A DNA stretch of 64,000 nt from NCBI GenBank assembly GCA_964188305.1, contig OZ076895.1; one strand, given 5' to 3'. Origin of the DNA: Podarcis bocagei (Eukaryota). The translations under genes were made by a program, and so were the position numbers. A model generated the notes under the pieces. It saw nothing but the letters and a program-made list of their open reading frames with translations. It ran no database searches and was not told the origin of the DNA. Positions 39,341 through 50,550 of the stretch are shown piece by piece (positions within the stretch are counted from its first letter, which is position 1; every line of letters starts with the position of its first letter).

Positions 39341-40227
39341 TTTGAGTGTGTTATACTTAATGCATTTGTCTTCTAAAGTTTTGTATGTACAGCAGATGTA
39401 CATCTTCCTCATATTCTGTTACAGAAACAGAGAGATCTATTTTACATCTTAAAATAGCCCAAATGTTTTCTTTTTGAAAGCCAGTTGTTTTGTGCTCTTT
39501 GTTTTCAGGATTCCAGCTGTTGTGTCAACTACTTCCCCCCCCCCATGGGGGGGCAAGGAACAATGCTGTTTCAGCACTACCTTAAGCTATTTATAGTATG
39601 ACTTACCTTATTACATTGTGCTGGCACTGTTAAAAAAGAATATACAGCCAATCCACTCTCATGTTTGGGTGCCTAATTGGCATGCTAGAAAATGCAGTTG
39701 TTCTATATTAGAGAAGTTGGGCAATTAATCATATATTTGCTATGAGGACAAGGTGGAGACCTTCTAAAACGCTGTCTCTGTGCTGCTTCAGTGTCTGTGG
39801 TTACAACAAAAGATAAGCCTGACGAGACAGGGTGATTCATTGGGTCTGCAACCTGGGGCAGAAAAGGATAGGAAAGGGACTATCATTAATAGGATTCGGT
39901 GATACAGCTTTGAGATTGTTTCAAGATCCATTTTTGTGCTTAAATTGTTCATATTTCAGTAGCAAGCAACCAGGAGTACTTCCCGCTCCCCCAGCCTTTT
40001 CTGAGTTTGACCTAATGACTTTCATCCATAGTTTTCTGCAGTTATCAGGCCTCCAAAGTATTGTTTTGTGCTAGCTCATCAGTGTCTTTCTGGAGCAACT
40101 CAGTTTTGGTTTCAACTAGTTTTGGGTATACATACTTTATTCTACCCCTTCCCCTATGCTCCATCTTGAACTTTTTGTGTCTGCTGCAAACACGCACAAT
40201 TATTTAATTTGTTCATACATTTCAGAT

Positions 40228-40363
40228 CAGGCATAGGCAAACTTGGCCCTCCAGATGTTTTGGGACTACAACTCCCATCATCCCTAGCTAACAGGACCAG
40301 TGGTCAGGGATGATGGGAGTTGTAGTCCCAAAACATCTGGAGGGCTGAGTTTGCCTATGCCTG
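40228..40363. mobile_element. Palindromic hAT-type MITE
   Basis: TIR CAGGCATAGGCAAACT; near-complete hairpin; 8-bp TSD tttcagat / gttcagat (7 of 8 match). Confidence 0.9.
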
Positions 40364-41183
40364 GTTCAGATTATAAGAATGCACAGAGAGGTATTTTAGC
40401 TACTTCCCTCAAAAGTTTTACCTTCAAAGGTTCACCAAAGTCTGAACATAAGCATTTCCTAGGAGTAGTTTTAAAGCTGAACTGCCAAATGATAAAAAAG
40501 ATTTGATTAATCATCTGCCTCTTTGCTGATGCAGTATATAATCTTGTGTTTGTTTGTGTGTGTGTCCCAAATCCTTTTTGACTATTGAAATGCTGAAAAT
40601 GCTAAATGAATTTTGTAACAAATAGAAGGCAGTATTGTGAGAGGTGAAAGCTTTCGTCAACATTTCCCTTCTTTTCTTGCTTTAGGGGAGACCAAAATTC
40701 CTCAAAAGTGTGTCTGTTCACTGTCTATAATTTACCCTCTCATTCAAAACTGGTCCTACTAAGCTTCAGTTGAGTAATCTACCAATTAATGGTTCCAGTT
40801 TTAATCTGACGATATTCCTGATATAGATTGGCAGGGTTGTAGCTATCTTCCCTGAGCCTTTTAGATTGTGTGGCTTAGATTCTAAACTCTGAAAACCAAA
40901 AAGGCCTTTTCCAAAGAGCCTCACACTTTCAGGCAATGTGCAACGACAGTCAGAGCATTGAGGCACAGCATCACCCGAGGTCATAGTGATGGATGAAGCT
41001 GCCCACCTGTCAGATTTGGCCCACCAGGAGCAGGGAAATAAACACCTGGTCCATCAGCCAGAATAGGCACCTCTCTCTTCTCTAAAGAAATAAAGAAATA
41101 AACACTTTAAGGAGTAGCAATAAATAAACATAACTTTGTATTCCTATTGTAGATAACTTAACACCTTATTTTTGTTTTCACAG

Positions 41184-41246
41184 GACAAAGATTTAAAGCA
41201 GTATATGGATGATTGTGGTAACATTATGAGTATGCACAATGTAAAG
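41184..41246 (+). CDS. CDK17: CDK17 coding exon 8 ([21 protein letters not shown])
   Basis: tcacag| acceptor, AAG|gtaagt donor, 63 nt. Confidence 0.97.
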
Positions 41247-41897
41247 GTAAGTCATAGTCACTATATTCCAACCATTTTGCTCTTTTTCATAATTGGTGCT
41301 CCTTAATATTTATATATTTTTCAGTGTATGTGAGAGGGGGTGTTCCTATTTGAGTAATTTCCCCTTCAGAAAGCAGGTTTAATTAGTAAACCACTGTGAA
41401 ATTTGCATAGAAGCACTTTGCTTTATTGAAGAGAACCTCTTAACTGGCAAGTATTCAAGTTACATAGTTTTGCATGTAATTGCTTGCCTTTCAGTGAACC
41501 AAACATTTCGTGTTTCTCAAGCAAGAGCTTGTTTACTTGATGACTGGTGGAGTAAATGTGGATGACCCTATAGCGTGCCAGAATGACATGAAATTTGGCT
41601 ATTTTAAGTGTTCCAGTTGATTTTATGCCCAAATTATTATAACATTGCTGGACCCTTCCTTTCATAGATCCTTTTATTTTATTCGGTGTAGCAATCCTCC
41701 CATTTTTTTTAAGCCATCTGATTTAGATCTCAAAATAATTTCCGTTGGGAGGAAAAAACTGGACCTTTTAACCTTGGGGTGCGGACTGGTTTATCCAAGG
41801 GTTGAATGAGCAGCAAATAACTTTTAAAAACCGAGGCTGCTGCTAATATTTTGTAAGGGGCTTGGATTGATAACCTAAAGCCTTTCCATGGCATATG

Positions 41898-42147
41898 CAG
41901 TCATACCTTGGATCTCGAATGCCTTAGCTCCCAAACAAATCCGCTCCCAAACAATGGAAACCCGGAAGTGAGTGTTCCAGTTTTTGAACGATTTTCAGAA
42001 GCCAAACATCCAGCGCGGCTTCCGTGGCTTCTGATTGGCTGCAGGAGCTTCCTGCAGTCAATCAGAAGCTGCGTTTTGGTTTCCGAACATTTTGGGAGTC
42101 GAACGCACTTCCGGAATGAATTCCATTTGACTTCCAAGGTACGACTG
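41898..42147. mobile_element. Tigger-like MITE with internal hairpin
   Basis: TIR CAGTC(A/G)TACCTTGGA, TG and TA flanks; internal GCTTCTGATTGGCTGCAGGA...TCCTGCAGTCAATCAGAAGC palindrome. Confidence 0.85.
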
Positions 42148-42318
42148 TATAGGAGCATTTGAAAGAGGCAACCTACCCACCCAACACTCATGACTGTACG
42201 TCAGATGAAATAAAATCATTGTTTTTTAACACATGCAGGTTAACAATGAGCTGAAGTAGTCTACAGGCCATATATTTGGCCCTTGCAGCTTATTCAGGAT
42301 TTTTAAAAAATCTGAATC

Positions 42319-42319
<1 letters not shown>

Positions 42320-42363
<44 letters not shown>

Positions 42364-42536
42364 GCCACTCTATACCTGCAGGTCTCAGGGTGGCTCACAT
42401 GATATAATCACAATATTAAAACACAAAATGCATAATCAAAATAAAAACAACAACAACCCAATTTAAAAGGGCATTGTCAGTCAGCCAAAGACCTGGCTAA
42501 AGAGGAATGTTTTTGCCTGGTGCCTAAAGGCGTATA
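42320..42536 (-). mobile_element. L2 3' end with (ATT)14 tail microsatellite
   Basis: Reverse complement resembles the 3' part of the 23655 L2. Confidence 0.75.
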
Positions 42537-42607
42537 TCTTTATAATCTTTGTCTGCTAAAGAGCTACTGTGTCCACCTGCTTGCATCCTTCCCTATCTCT
42601 TCAGTTT

Positions 42608-42910
42608 GGGCCAGGACTGTAGCATAGTGGTGGGGCATCTACTCAGTCTGCAGAAGGTCCCAGATTCAATCTTTGACATCTCCAGGTATTGTTAAGGGGC
42701 CACTGATCACCCCACAAGGCTATTACAAAGGTGGTGCTGTGACTAAAACATGGAGTTGATATGTAGGAAAGCCAGGTTCAAGGCCCTGCTCAGACCTGCA
42801 GTTCCCTCTGCCTAATCTACCTTTTTCATAGGGGAGGAATGGGAGGATAAAATAAAAATAAAAATCCATGTATGCTGCCCTGAGCTCCTGGGAACAAGGG
42901 CAAGATTCAG
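42608..42910 (+). mobile_element. Two adjacent degenerate tRNA-derived SINE fragments
   Basis: GCAGAAGGTCCCAGATTCAATC head; second head CCAGGTTCAAGGCCC with GCTGCCCTGAGCTCC tail. Confidence 0.55.
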
Positions 42911-44020
42911 TGACAGAGAGTGCTCTGCAAATGATTAATAGCTGCTGTTCTACAGCAGTCATCTTCTCAGAGCGGGATTTTTACCTTCGTCTCTTGATGC
43001 AAAAAATACCCACAGTGTGGGTGTAGATTGGGGACACGAAAACACTGATACTGAATATTCATGGAGGCAAGCAAATGTAGGCTTCCGATTGGACATCTTG
43101 CTCTCCTCATCCCCGGCATTGAGGAATTAATGCGAAGAAGGGTAGCCCAATGTGGTTTGGTAATGAAATCCTTAAAAGAGAGCCAAAGAGAATAACAGTT
43201 GTCCAAACGTTTTTTGAGGAAAAAACGGTTTGCAAAGCCACGAAAAAAGCACCACAACCTTTTTTGGGTTTGCTGTTGTTCAAAAACCATTTCCCAAACT
43301 GTTCCGTGACAGAATTCAGCAGTGAAATGTGTGGCAATGTGCCAAGGCATTGTGTGCGCATTTCTCAGTCAGCTGATGAATAATAATAAGCTGGAGTGTG
43401 CTTGTTTCTTGTATGAAGAAATAGCTCTATGAGGACACTTTTGTCTTTAGCCAAGAACCTGCAGCAGCAGCAGCAGCAGACACCTGCTCAGGCATAGAAA
43501 CACACACAGAAAAAGAAAATATGGAGGATATCAAAGGGTTGATTCAAGAGGCAAATTTAGGCAACAGGGGAAGGAACATAAGGAAACAGGCACGGGGCTA
43601 TTGTGGTATCTAAATTGAAGGGAAAGTATGACAAATGTGATTAAAGATACATTGATATGCAGAGCTGCCTTTCATTTGCTTTAGCATGTCACTGAGTTAA
43701 CCTGCAATCTCCTTTTCACTGCATTTGAAATAGAAGACTGCGGTGTAAGGGAAGGTAATTGGAGGCAGCAATGAGAGAGGGGTATTTTTAAAGAATTCAC
43801 TTGAGTGATAAGGATAAGCTTGCTAATAACAATTAAGGTAGCTGGTACCTGAAAACAGGTTGCCGTTATAGAAGAATTTCTCTTTGTTTTCAGTGTACAT
43901 GTTGCTTTTGGAGACTGGCAGTTACGATCAGATAATCAACCATGCAGTGGTTCCTTATCAGTTCTGAAAGTTTAATTTTGAATTAACCTTTCTCTCTCTC
44001 TCTCCTCTTTCCTTTTATAG

Positions 44021-44152
<132 letters not shown>

Positions 44153-44274
44153 TGAATGGCTTGCTTCATTGAGGGTGGTGGTGGGGAAATGTGCACTCTT
44201 TAGAATACCTCCCATATAATCACATGCAATTAATTGTGCATATATGCTCGGATGTCCACAGTGCACAGACTCTA

Positions 44275-44370
44275 AGAACATAAGAACAACTTGCTGGGTC
44301 AGGCTGTTGGCCCATCTAGTCTAGCATCCTGTTGGCCAACCAGATGCCAATGGGAAACCCCCAAGCACCC
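44275..44370 (-). mobile_element. CR1-associated 3' tail fragment
   Basis: AAGAACATAAGAAC tail; reverse complement of the 47440-47532 end. Confidence 0.6.
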
Positions 44371-44544
44371 CTAAGCTTTAGTTCAGTTGGGTTAAGCGGC
44401 TCTTCCTGCTGTGTCAGAGAAACTTGGGGGCTACATAGCTCCTATGGTTTTGAAGTTTGCCAGAGCTCTATCCTGTTGTTCAGTAGCACAGGGGCTGCAC
44501 AGTTATTGGGAGCCTCAAAAACCACCCTTTGGAAGCATTAATGT

Positions 44545-44680
44545 AATAATCATAATAATCATAATAATTTATTATTTATACTCCGCCCATCTGGCTGGGT
44601 CCCCCCAGCCACTCTGGGCTGCTTCCAACAAAACACTAAAATGGAATAACCTATTAAACATTAAAAGCTTCCCTAAACAT
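44545..44680 (-). mobile_element. L2 3' tail fragment
   Basis: tttatactccgcccatctggctgggtccccccagccactctggg. Confidence 0.6.
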
Positions 44681-45092
44681 TAAGGGAATTAAGCATTAAG
44701 TCACTCCTCAGAGCTATGATTATTTCCCTGTCCTTGGGTACAGAGCAGAAAAGCACTTACAAGCATGCGTATTTCAGCAAGTTGTATAAATTTGTCTAAC
44801 CTCCCATTCAGATGCTGCTGACTTACAAACTCCATCCTCTCTGGCCGTTGGCCATGCTGGCTGGGAGTGATGGATGTTTGGACTTTAATAGCCCCTGGAC
44901 GGCCACGTGTCCCCCCACCCTTGCTCTGATTCTTCTACTTAGTGTGTTCAGCAGTATCTTCTGAACCACACAGAATGTCTGTAGAAGCACAGATGAAAGC
45001 ACAGATGATATCTATACAGTGCAATGTAATATGAAATGCCAGGAGGCTTCAGAAGAGCTACAGGAAACTAATGTGACATTTTCTCATTGAAG

Positions 45093-45213
45093 GTTTGGCT
45101 AGAGCAAAATCTGTCCCTACGAAGACCTATTCCAATGAGGTTGTCACATTATGGTATAGGCCGCCTGATGTTCTCCTTGGATCTTCCGAATATTCAACGC
45201 AAATTGACATGTG
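45093..45213 (+). CDS. CDK17: CDK17 coding exon 10 ([41 protein letters not shown])
   Basis: cattgaag| acceptor, TG|gtatgt donor; activation segment. Confidence 0.97.
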
Positions 45214-45699
45214 GTATGTCTTTCTCAGTTACTAACCCATGTTTGCTTTCAGTGAAATTATGTCTCCTACATGTGAATACGAAACTCAGTAATATTGCAG
45301 AGTGTTCTTAAACATTTCAAAGCACTTCTTTAGTTTACAGCAGCGGTGGAGGGAGGCAGGCAAAGAATAGAAAAATATGTTTTAACCTGGGTTTAGTTGT
45401 AGCAAATTACTTAAGAAATCAACTCTGCAAAGGTTTCCCTACTTAGGAACTCTAAATGTCAGTAGTGAGACTGATTGAGATCCATCAGGTGGAGAAAACT
45501 CCATGCATGCAATATTTGCCAATTAGAAAGAGAATGCAGTACCTTATTTTATATTATTGTTGTTTTGCTCTTACTGCCATGTCTAGCGCTATATGGGTAG
45601 GTCAAGAAAGCCAAGTTGCATTTAAGTACAACTAGACTGGAAACCAGAATGGGAACATCTGTATTTTTGAACTGTCATTTAATTTTTTTCTGTCTGCAG

Positions 45700-45797
45700 G
45701 GGAGTTGGATGCATATTTTTTGAAATGGCATCTGGAAGACCTCTATTTCCCGGGTCAACTGTTGAAGACGAATTGCACTTAATTTTCAGACTTCTAG
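45700..45797 (+). CDS. CDK17: CDK17 coding exon 11 ([32 protein letters not shown])
   Basis: ctgcag| acceptor, G|gtaaat donor, 98 nt. Confidence 0.97.
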
Positions 45798-46057
45798 GTA
45801 AATAGATTTCGCTTAGCTTACATTTTTGGGGTTATCATGCTTTTTAAGAGGATTTCTGAAAGTGTTCCATAAAGAGAGGTACTTTTAATTTTTGCAAATT
45901 AATCTACAATTTTATTGAATTTAACCAAAATTTAGTTGCTTGCTTACCATCTCTTCTTTGTTGCAGGGTGGGGGAACTTTGGGTTCAGATGCTATGTTTA
46001 ATTGCTTGCATTTTGTTAGTCCATGTATGGGTGTGATTTGTTTTTCTTTCAACTTAG

Positions 46058-46163
46058 GAACTCCATCACAAGAAACGTGGCCAGGCATTACTTCCAGTGA
46101 TGAATTTAGGAACTACAACTTTCCCAAATACAAGCCACAGCCTTTAATCAACCATGCTCCAAG
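46058..46163 (+). CDS. CDK17: CDK17 coding exon 12 ([36 protein letters not shown])
   Basis: acttag| acceptor, AG|gtacta donor, 106 nt. Confidence 0.97.
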
Positions 46164-46394
46164 GTACTACAGTTATTTTATGTTGTGTTTGGAGACACTG
46201 GAACATGTTAACAAATCTGTCTGAGTACATAGCATGAAAATATCAATTTAGAATCTAAAGCTAATTCTTCCCCAATGGACTAGAGCACTTGGATTAGCCG
46301 TAGTAGGTAGGTAGTAAATTTGTAAAATATCCGCCTTCTAATGAACTGGCAGTGACTAACCAGGAACAAGACCTTGGGGTCATAGTATGTAACT

Positions 46395-47532
46395 CAATGT
46401 GCAGCAGCTGTGAAATATGGCAAATTCCATATTAGGAATCATTAAGAAAGGAATTGAAAATTAAACTGTCGATGTCATAATGTCGTTATATAAATCCATT
46501 ATGTAACCACATTTGGAATATTGTGTACAGTTTTGGTCGCCTTACCTTAACAAGGTACCTTAACAAGGAGAGACGCGGGTGGCGCTGTGGGTTAAACCAC
46601 AGAGCCTAGGACTTGGCGATCAGAAGGTCAGCAGTTCGAATCCCCGCGACGGGGTGAGCTCCCGTTGCTCGGTCCCTGCTCCTGCCCACCTAGCAGTTCA
46701 AAAGCACATCAAAGTGCAAGTAGATAAATAGGTACTGTTCCAGCGGGAAGGTAAACGGTGTTTCTGTGTGCTGCTCTGGTTTGCCAGAAGCGGCTTAGTC
46801 ATGCTGGCCACATGACCCGGAAGCTGTATGCCGGCTCCCTCGGCCAATAAAGTGAGATGAGCGCCGCAACCCCAGAGTCGGCCACGACTGGACCTAATGG
46901 TCAGGGGTCCCTTTACCTTTACCTTAACAAGGATAGCTTGGAGTTGGAAAAGGTTCAGAAAAGGGCAACTAAAATGATCAAGAGGGCGGAGCGACTCCGC
47001 TCTGAAGAAAGGTGGCAGCATTCATGGCGCTTTTTACTTTAGAGAAAAGGTGAGTAAGGAAAGGCGACATGATAAAGATTTATAAAAATGATGCATGGCG
47101 TGAAGAAAGTGAATAGAGAAAACTTTTCCTGCCTGTTTCATAACGCTAGAACTCCAGGAGATCCAGTGAAGCCGAATGTGGGAAGTTTCAGATAGAAGAA
47201 AGTGCTTTATTTAAACACAGCACCTACTTAAAGCTAGGGAGCTTGCTCCAACAGGAGGCAGTGATGGCCACCAACTTAGCTGGCTTTAAATGATTGGACA
47301 AATTCATGGAAGAGAAGGCTATCAATGGCTATTACAACCATGATGGCTGCACTCAGCTGTCTCCCCAGCTAGAGGCAGTCGTGCTTCTGAAAACCTGGAG
47401 GCCACAGGAGGGGAGAGGGCTCTTGTACTCCGATCCTGCTTGGGGGTTCCCCACAGGCATCTGTTGGCTCCTGTAAGAGCAGGATGCTGGACTGGGCCTG
47501 ATCCAGCAGGCTTTTGCCATGTTCTTATGTTC
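46395..47532 (+). mobile_element. CR1 LINE 3' fragment interrupted by a Sauria SINE
   Basis: LGIIKKGIEN...LYKSI...HLEYCVQFWSP | LEKVQKRATKMI ORF2 C-terminus; GTTCTTATGTTC tail. Confidence 0.85.
46570..46919 (+). mobile_element. Sauria SINE nested in CR1
   Basis: A/B boxes, CCCTTTACCTTT tail; TSD TACCTTAACAAGGA at 46556-46569 and 46920-46933. Confidence 0.92.
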
Positions 47533-48093
47533 CCAAATCATAACAAATACTTTTTTGTCCCTTATGATAAAGTGGGAATGAACTCATTTCTAGAACTTAA
47601 GCTTTATTGACTTTAAGACGAAGCATGTAATGGAATGTGTTTTATGTTTCCTGGTTTTTCTCATTTTTCCTGGTTTTTCGTATTTGCCTTACACAAGTGT
47701 GTGGAGACAGAGTCTAAGCACAGGCTGAAGGTAGCCTTATATAATAATGCTATTTGTTTAAAAAAAATTCTGCCCAACATACCTTGATGGCAGCCACACT
47801 TATCATATGCCCATTCATCCTGCCGTTAGCTTTAGAGTTAAAAACAATGTACTGGATGGGCATATTGGCAGAGGAGCGTTGTTAGTGGAGTTGCATAATT
47901 AGGGTCTCATAGTCCTTGTTTGTGTATAATTTGTTTTTTATTATAGCTCCACTTCTTGAGTGATTTGAAATTTGCAGAGCGCTCTCTCCACTGAAAACAC
48001 ATACACATCACTTCAGTTATTAGATTCTACTTGAAGCAGTGCTTTAGGAATGCATAACTATTACATGCTAAACTTTGTTTTGTTTGTTTCCAG

Positions 48094-48136
48094 GCTTGAT
48101 TCGGAAGGAATTGAACTGATAGTAAGATTTCTTCAG
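48094..48136 (+). CDS. CDK17: CDK17 coding exon 13 (LDSEGIELIVRFLQ)
   Basis: ttccag| acceptor, CAG|gtaagc donor, 43 nt. Confidence 0.96.
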
Positions 48137-48526
48137 GTAAGCTGCTTTTCATTTATTTATTTTTTACTCTTTAGACATCTGTACTGAGCTTTTCAGATGA
48201 ACACTGAAAATTGAGTTCCGTGGGTTACTTGGTGGGTGATAAGAGTACAAAATTGTATGTGTGATCAGTTCAAACATGGGCAAGAACACTGGCCAATCAA
48301 ATAAAAAAAATTAAAAATTGGTTTAATTGACAAGGGTTCTTTGCCCCTTGTTAGAAACACTTTTGTGCAGTGGTGGTGGCCTCCCTTCAAATTTTAGCTG
48401 CTCAGTGTTGAGATGATGTGTGGAGTCAGTAATAGGCTGGAAAAGAACCAATGAACATGATGGAAGTACTGTGTGTAGGTGTTTCATCTGACTTGGGAGT
48501 CAGGGATGCACTCCCTCTACATGACA

Positions 48527-48570
48527 GTTTGTTTGTTTGTTTGTTTGTTTGTTTGTTTGTTTGTTTGTTT
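48527..48570. repeat. (GTTT)11 microsatellite
   Basis: Read directly. Confidence 0.97.
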
Positions 48571-48590
48571 AGCTTTGGGTACATTCAAAT

Positions 48591-48961
48591 AAGGGACGCA
48601 GGTGGCGCTGTGGGTAAATCCTCAGCGCTTAGGGCTTGCCGATCGCATGGTCGGCGGTTCGAATCCCCGCGGCGGGGTGAGCTCCCGTCTTTCGGTCCCA
48701 GCTCCTGCCCACCTAGCAGTTCAAAAGCACCCTTAAGTGCAAGTAGATAAATAGGTACCGCTTTCTAGCGGGAAGGTAAACGTCGTTTCCGTGTGCTGCG
48801 CTGGTGCTGGCTCGCCAGAGCAGCTTCGTCACACTGGCCACGTGACCCGGAAGTGTCTCCGGACAGCGCTGGCCCCCAGCCTCTTAAGTGAGATGGGCGC
48901 ACAACCCTAGAGTCGGATACGACTGGCCCGTACGGGCATGGGTATCTTTACCCTTTACCTT
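48591..48961 (+). mobile_element. Sauria SINE, CpG-rich and probably young
   Basis: GGGACGCAGGTGGCGCTGTGG head, GGTTCGAATCC B box; 11-bp TSD TACATTCAAAT at 48580-48590 and 48962-48972. Confidence 0.92.
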
Positions 48962-49416
48962 TACATTCAAATTTGGCTTCCTCTTTGAAAGCTTAGGTGG
49001 CTTCTCTGATGTGAAGCATCTTTGACTTGCTACTGGTGTACCAGCCGAAGCCCATACTAGACATGTTACAGAGGTAGTGTAGGTGTGGTTATCCACACGT
49101 TGGTAGTATCTCATTTATATTGTGGTCTTATAACCTGGGAGAAAAGCACATTGAACTTCTTTGGACTTGCTTCTGCAGAAACATGTTTAGGATTGTAGTA
49201 TTAGAGCTGCATTGGTCCTAAGCTTGAAGATTGCTTCATTTGGTAAAAGAAATACTGCAGAAATACTGAATGGACTAAAGAGGACACAGCTTACCTACCA
49301 CACTTGAAAGAACTGCACTAGCTATTAGTCTGTTTTTGAGTACCACTCAAAGAGTTTGCATTTAAATCCCTACTCAAAGCATGTGTGCAAAAAAAAAAAT
49401 CCGTTTGCTTTAACAG

Positions 49417-49507
49417 TATGAATCAAAGAAAAGGATTTCAGCAGAAGAAGCTATGAAGCATGCATATTTTAGAAGTCTTGGAACAAGGATACATGCCCTG
49501 CCAGAAA
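49417..49507 (+). CDS. CDK17: CDK17 coding exon 14 (YESKKRISAEEAMKHAYFRSLGTRIHALPE)
   Basis: taacag| acceptor, A|gtaagc donor, 91 nt. Confidence 0.97.
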
Positions 49508-50061
49508 GTAAGCAGACCACTCTTGTCATTGATGTTAGTTGGCCATTTGTTTGAGTGAGGTGACAGCTTACTTCCCTTGTTTCTGAATGTTCCTTGGATG
49601 ATTGTTCCTTAAACCACTAACATCTCTTAAGGCAGCACTGAGTCAAAAAGTTGTGTCTACTAGAGTCTGGTAGAGTAGGACTTCAAAGTTGTTGACACCT
49701 CACCCAAACTTTAGACAGAACTTTCTCTCACATATGCGATCCTTGCATCTATCAGGGTCAATAAAGCTTAGGCTCTTAGGTCTCCCTGCTCTTGTCCGGC
49801 TGCATTTGAAGGCAGCAATGGAGAAAATATCTATTATTCCTTTCTCCCTATCATTTTTTGATTCCCTTTCATAATCTCTTCAGTGTTAAGAGCACCATTA
49901 GTAGTTCTAGAGCTCCCCTAAAATTCCTTCATTCCCCCCCCCCCCAGTATTTGCTTCTTCCTAACTCCATGTGGCAGTCATTGTGGTTTCTGAGCACAGT
50001 GTATGTTTCTAGAAAAGAGGCTCTTAAGTGGGGAAAAAGACACTTCTTTATATTGTTTCAG

Positions 50062-50139
50062 GTGTGTCAATATTCACTCTGAAAGAGATTCAGCTTCAGA
50101 AAGATCCTGGCTTTCGAAACTCCACTTATCCAGAGACGG
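50062..50139 (+). CDS. CDK17: CDK17 coding exon 15 (SVSIFTLKEIQLQKDPGFRNSTYPET)
   Basis: tttcag| acceptor, G|gtacgt donor with a second gtaagc donor 4 nt downstream, 78 nt. Confidence 0.95.
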
Positions 50140-50512
50140 GTACGTAAGCGTCAAAGAATTTTTGTTGTTGTTTTTCAGGTCTGCAGTAGCTGGAGGGCTA
50201 GGAAACTGTAAAATCGACACCTTGTAAACGAATACTTGGAATTACTTGGATTCCTCAATCGCATGGTGTGTTTTTTAGCGTTGTGAAAGTACAGAGTTTT
50301 TGCTTACGAATTAAGCTTGGAGATGCCTGTGCAGGTTCATTTCACAAAGAAGTGATAGGGTTGCTATAGGGATAAAGCCATACAGAAACTGCATCGCTTC
50401 TTTGCACGTCTGTTGCGATGCACAAGCGTTCTGGCATCATGTGCTGCAGTGGTTGGTAGGAGCCATAAACTTTGCTCAGATTCCTTTATACAACCCATGT
50501 TTTATGTTTCAG

Positions 50513-50550
50513 GGCATGGAAAGAACAGAAGGCAAAGCATGCTGTTCTAG
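50513..50550 (+). CDS. CDK17: CDK17 terminal coding exon (GHGKNRRQSMLF*)
   Basis: tttcag| acceptor; TAG at 50548-50550. Confidence 0.96.
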
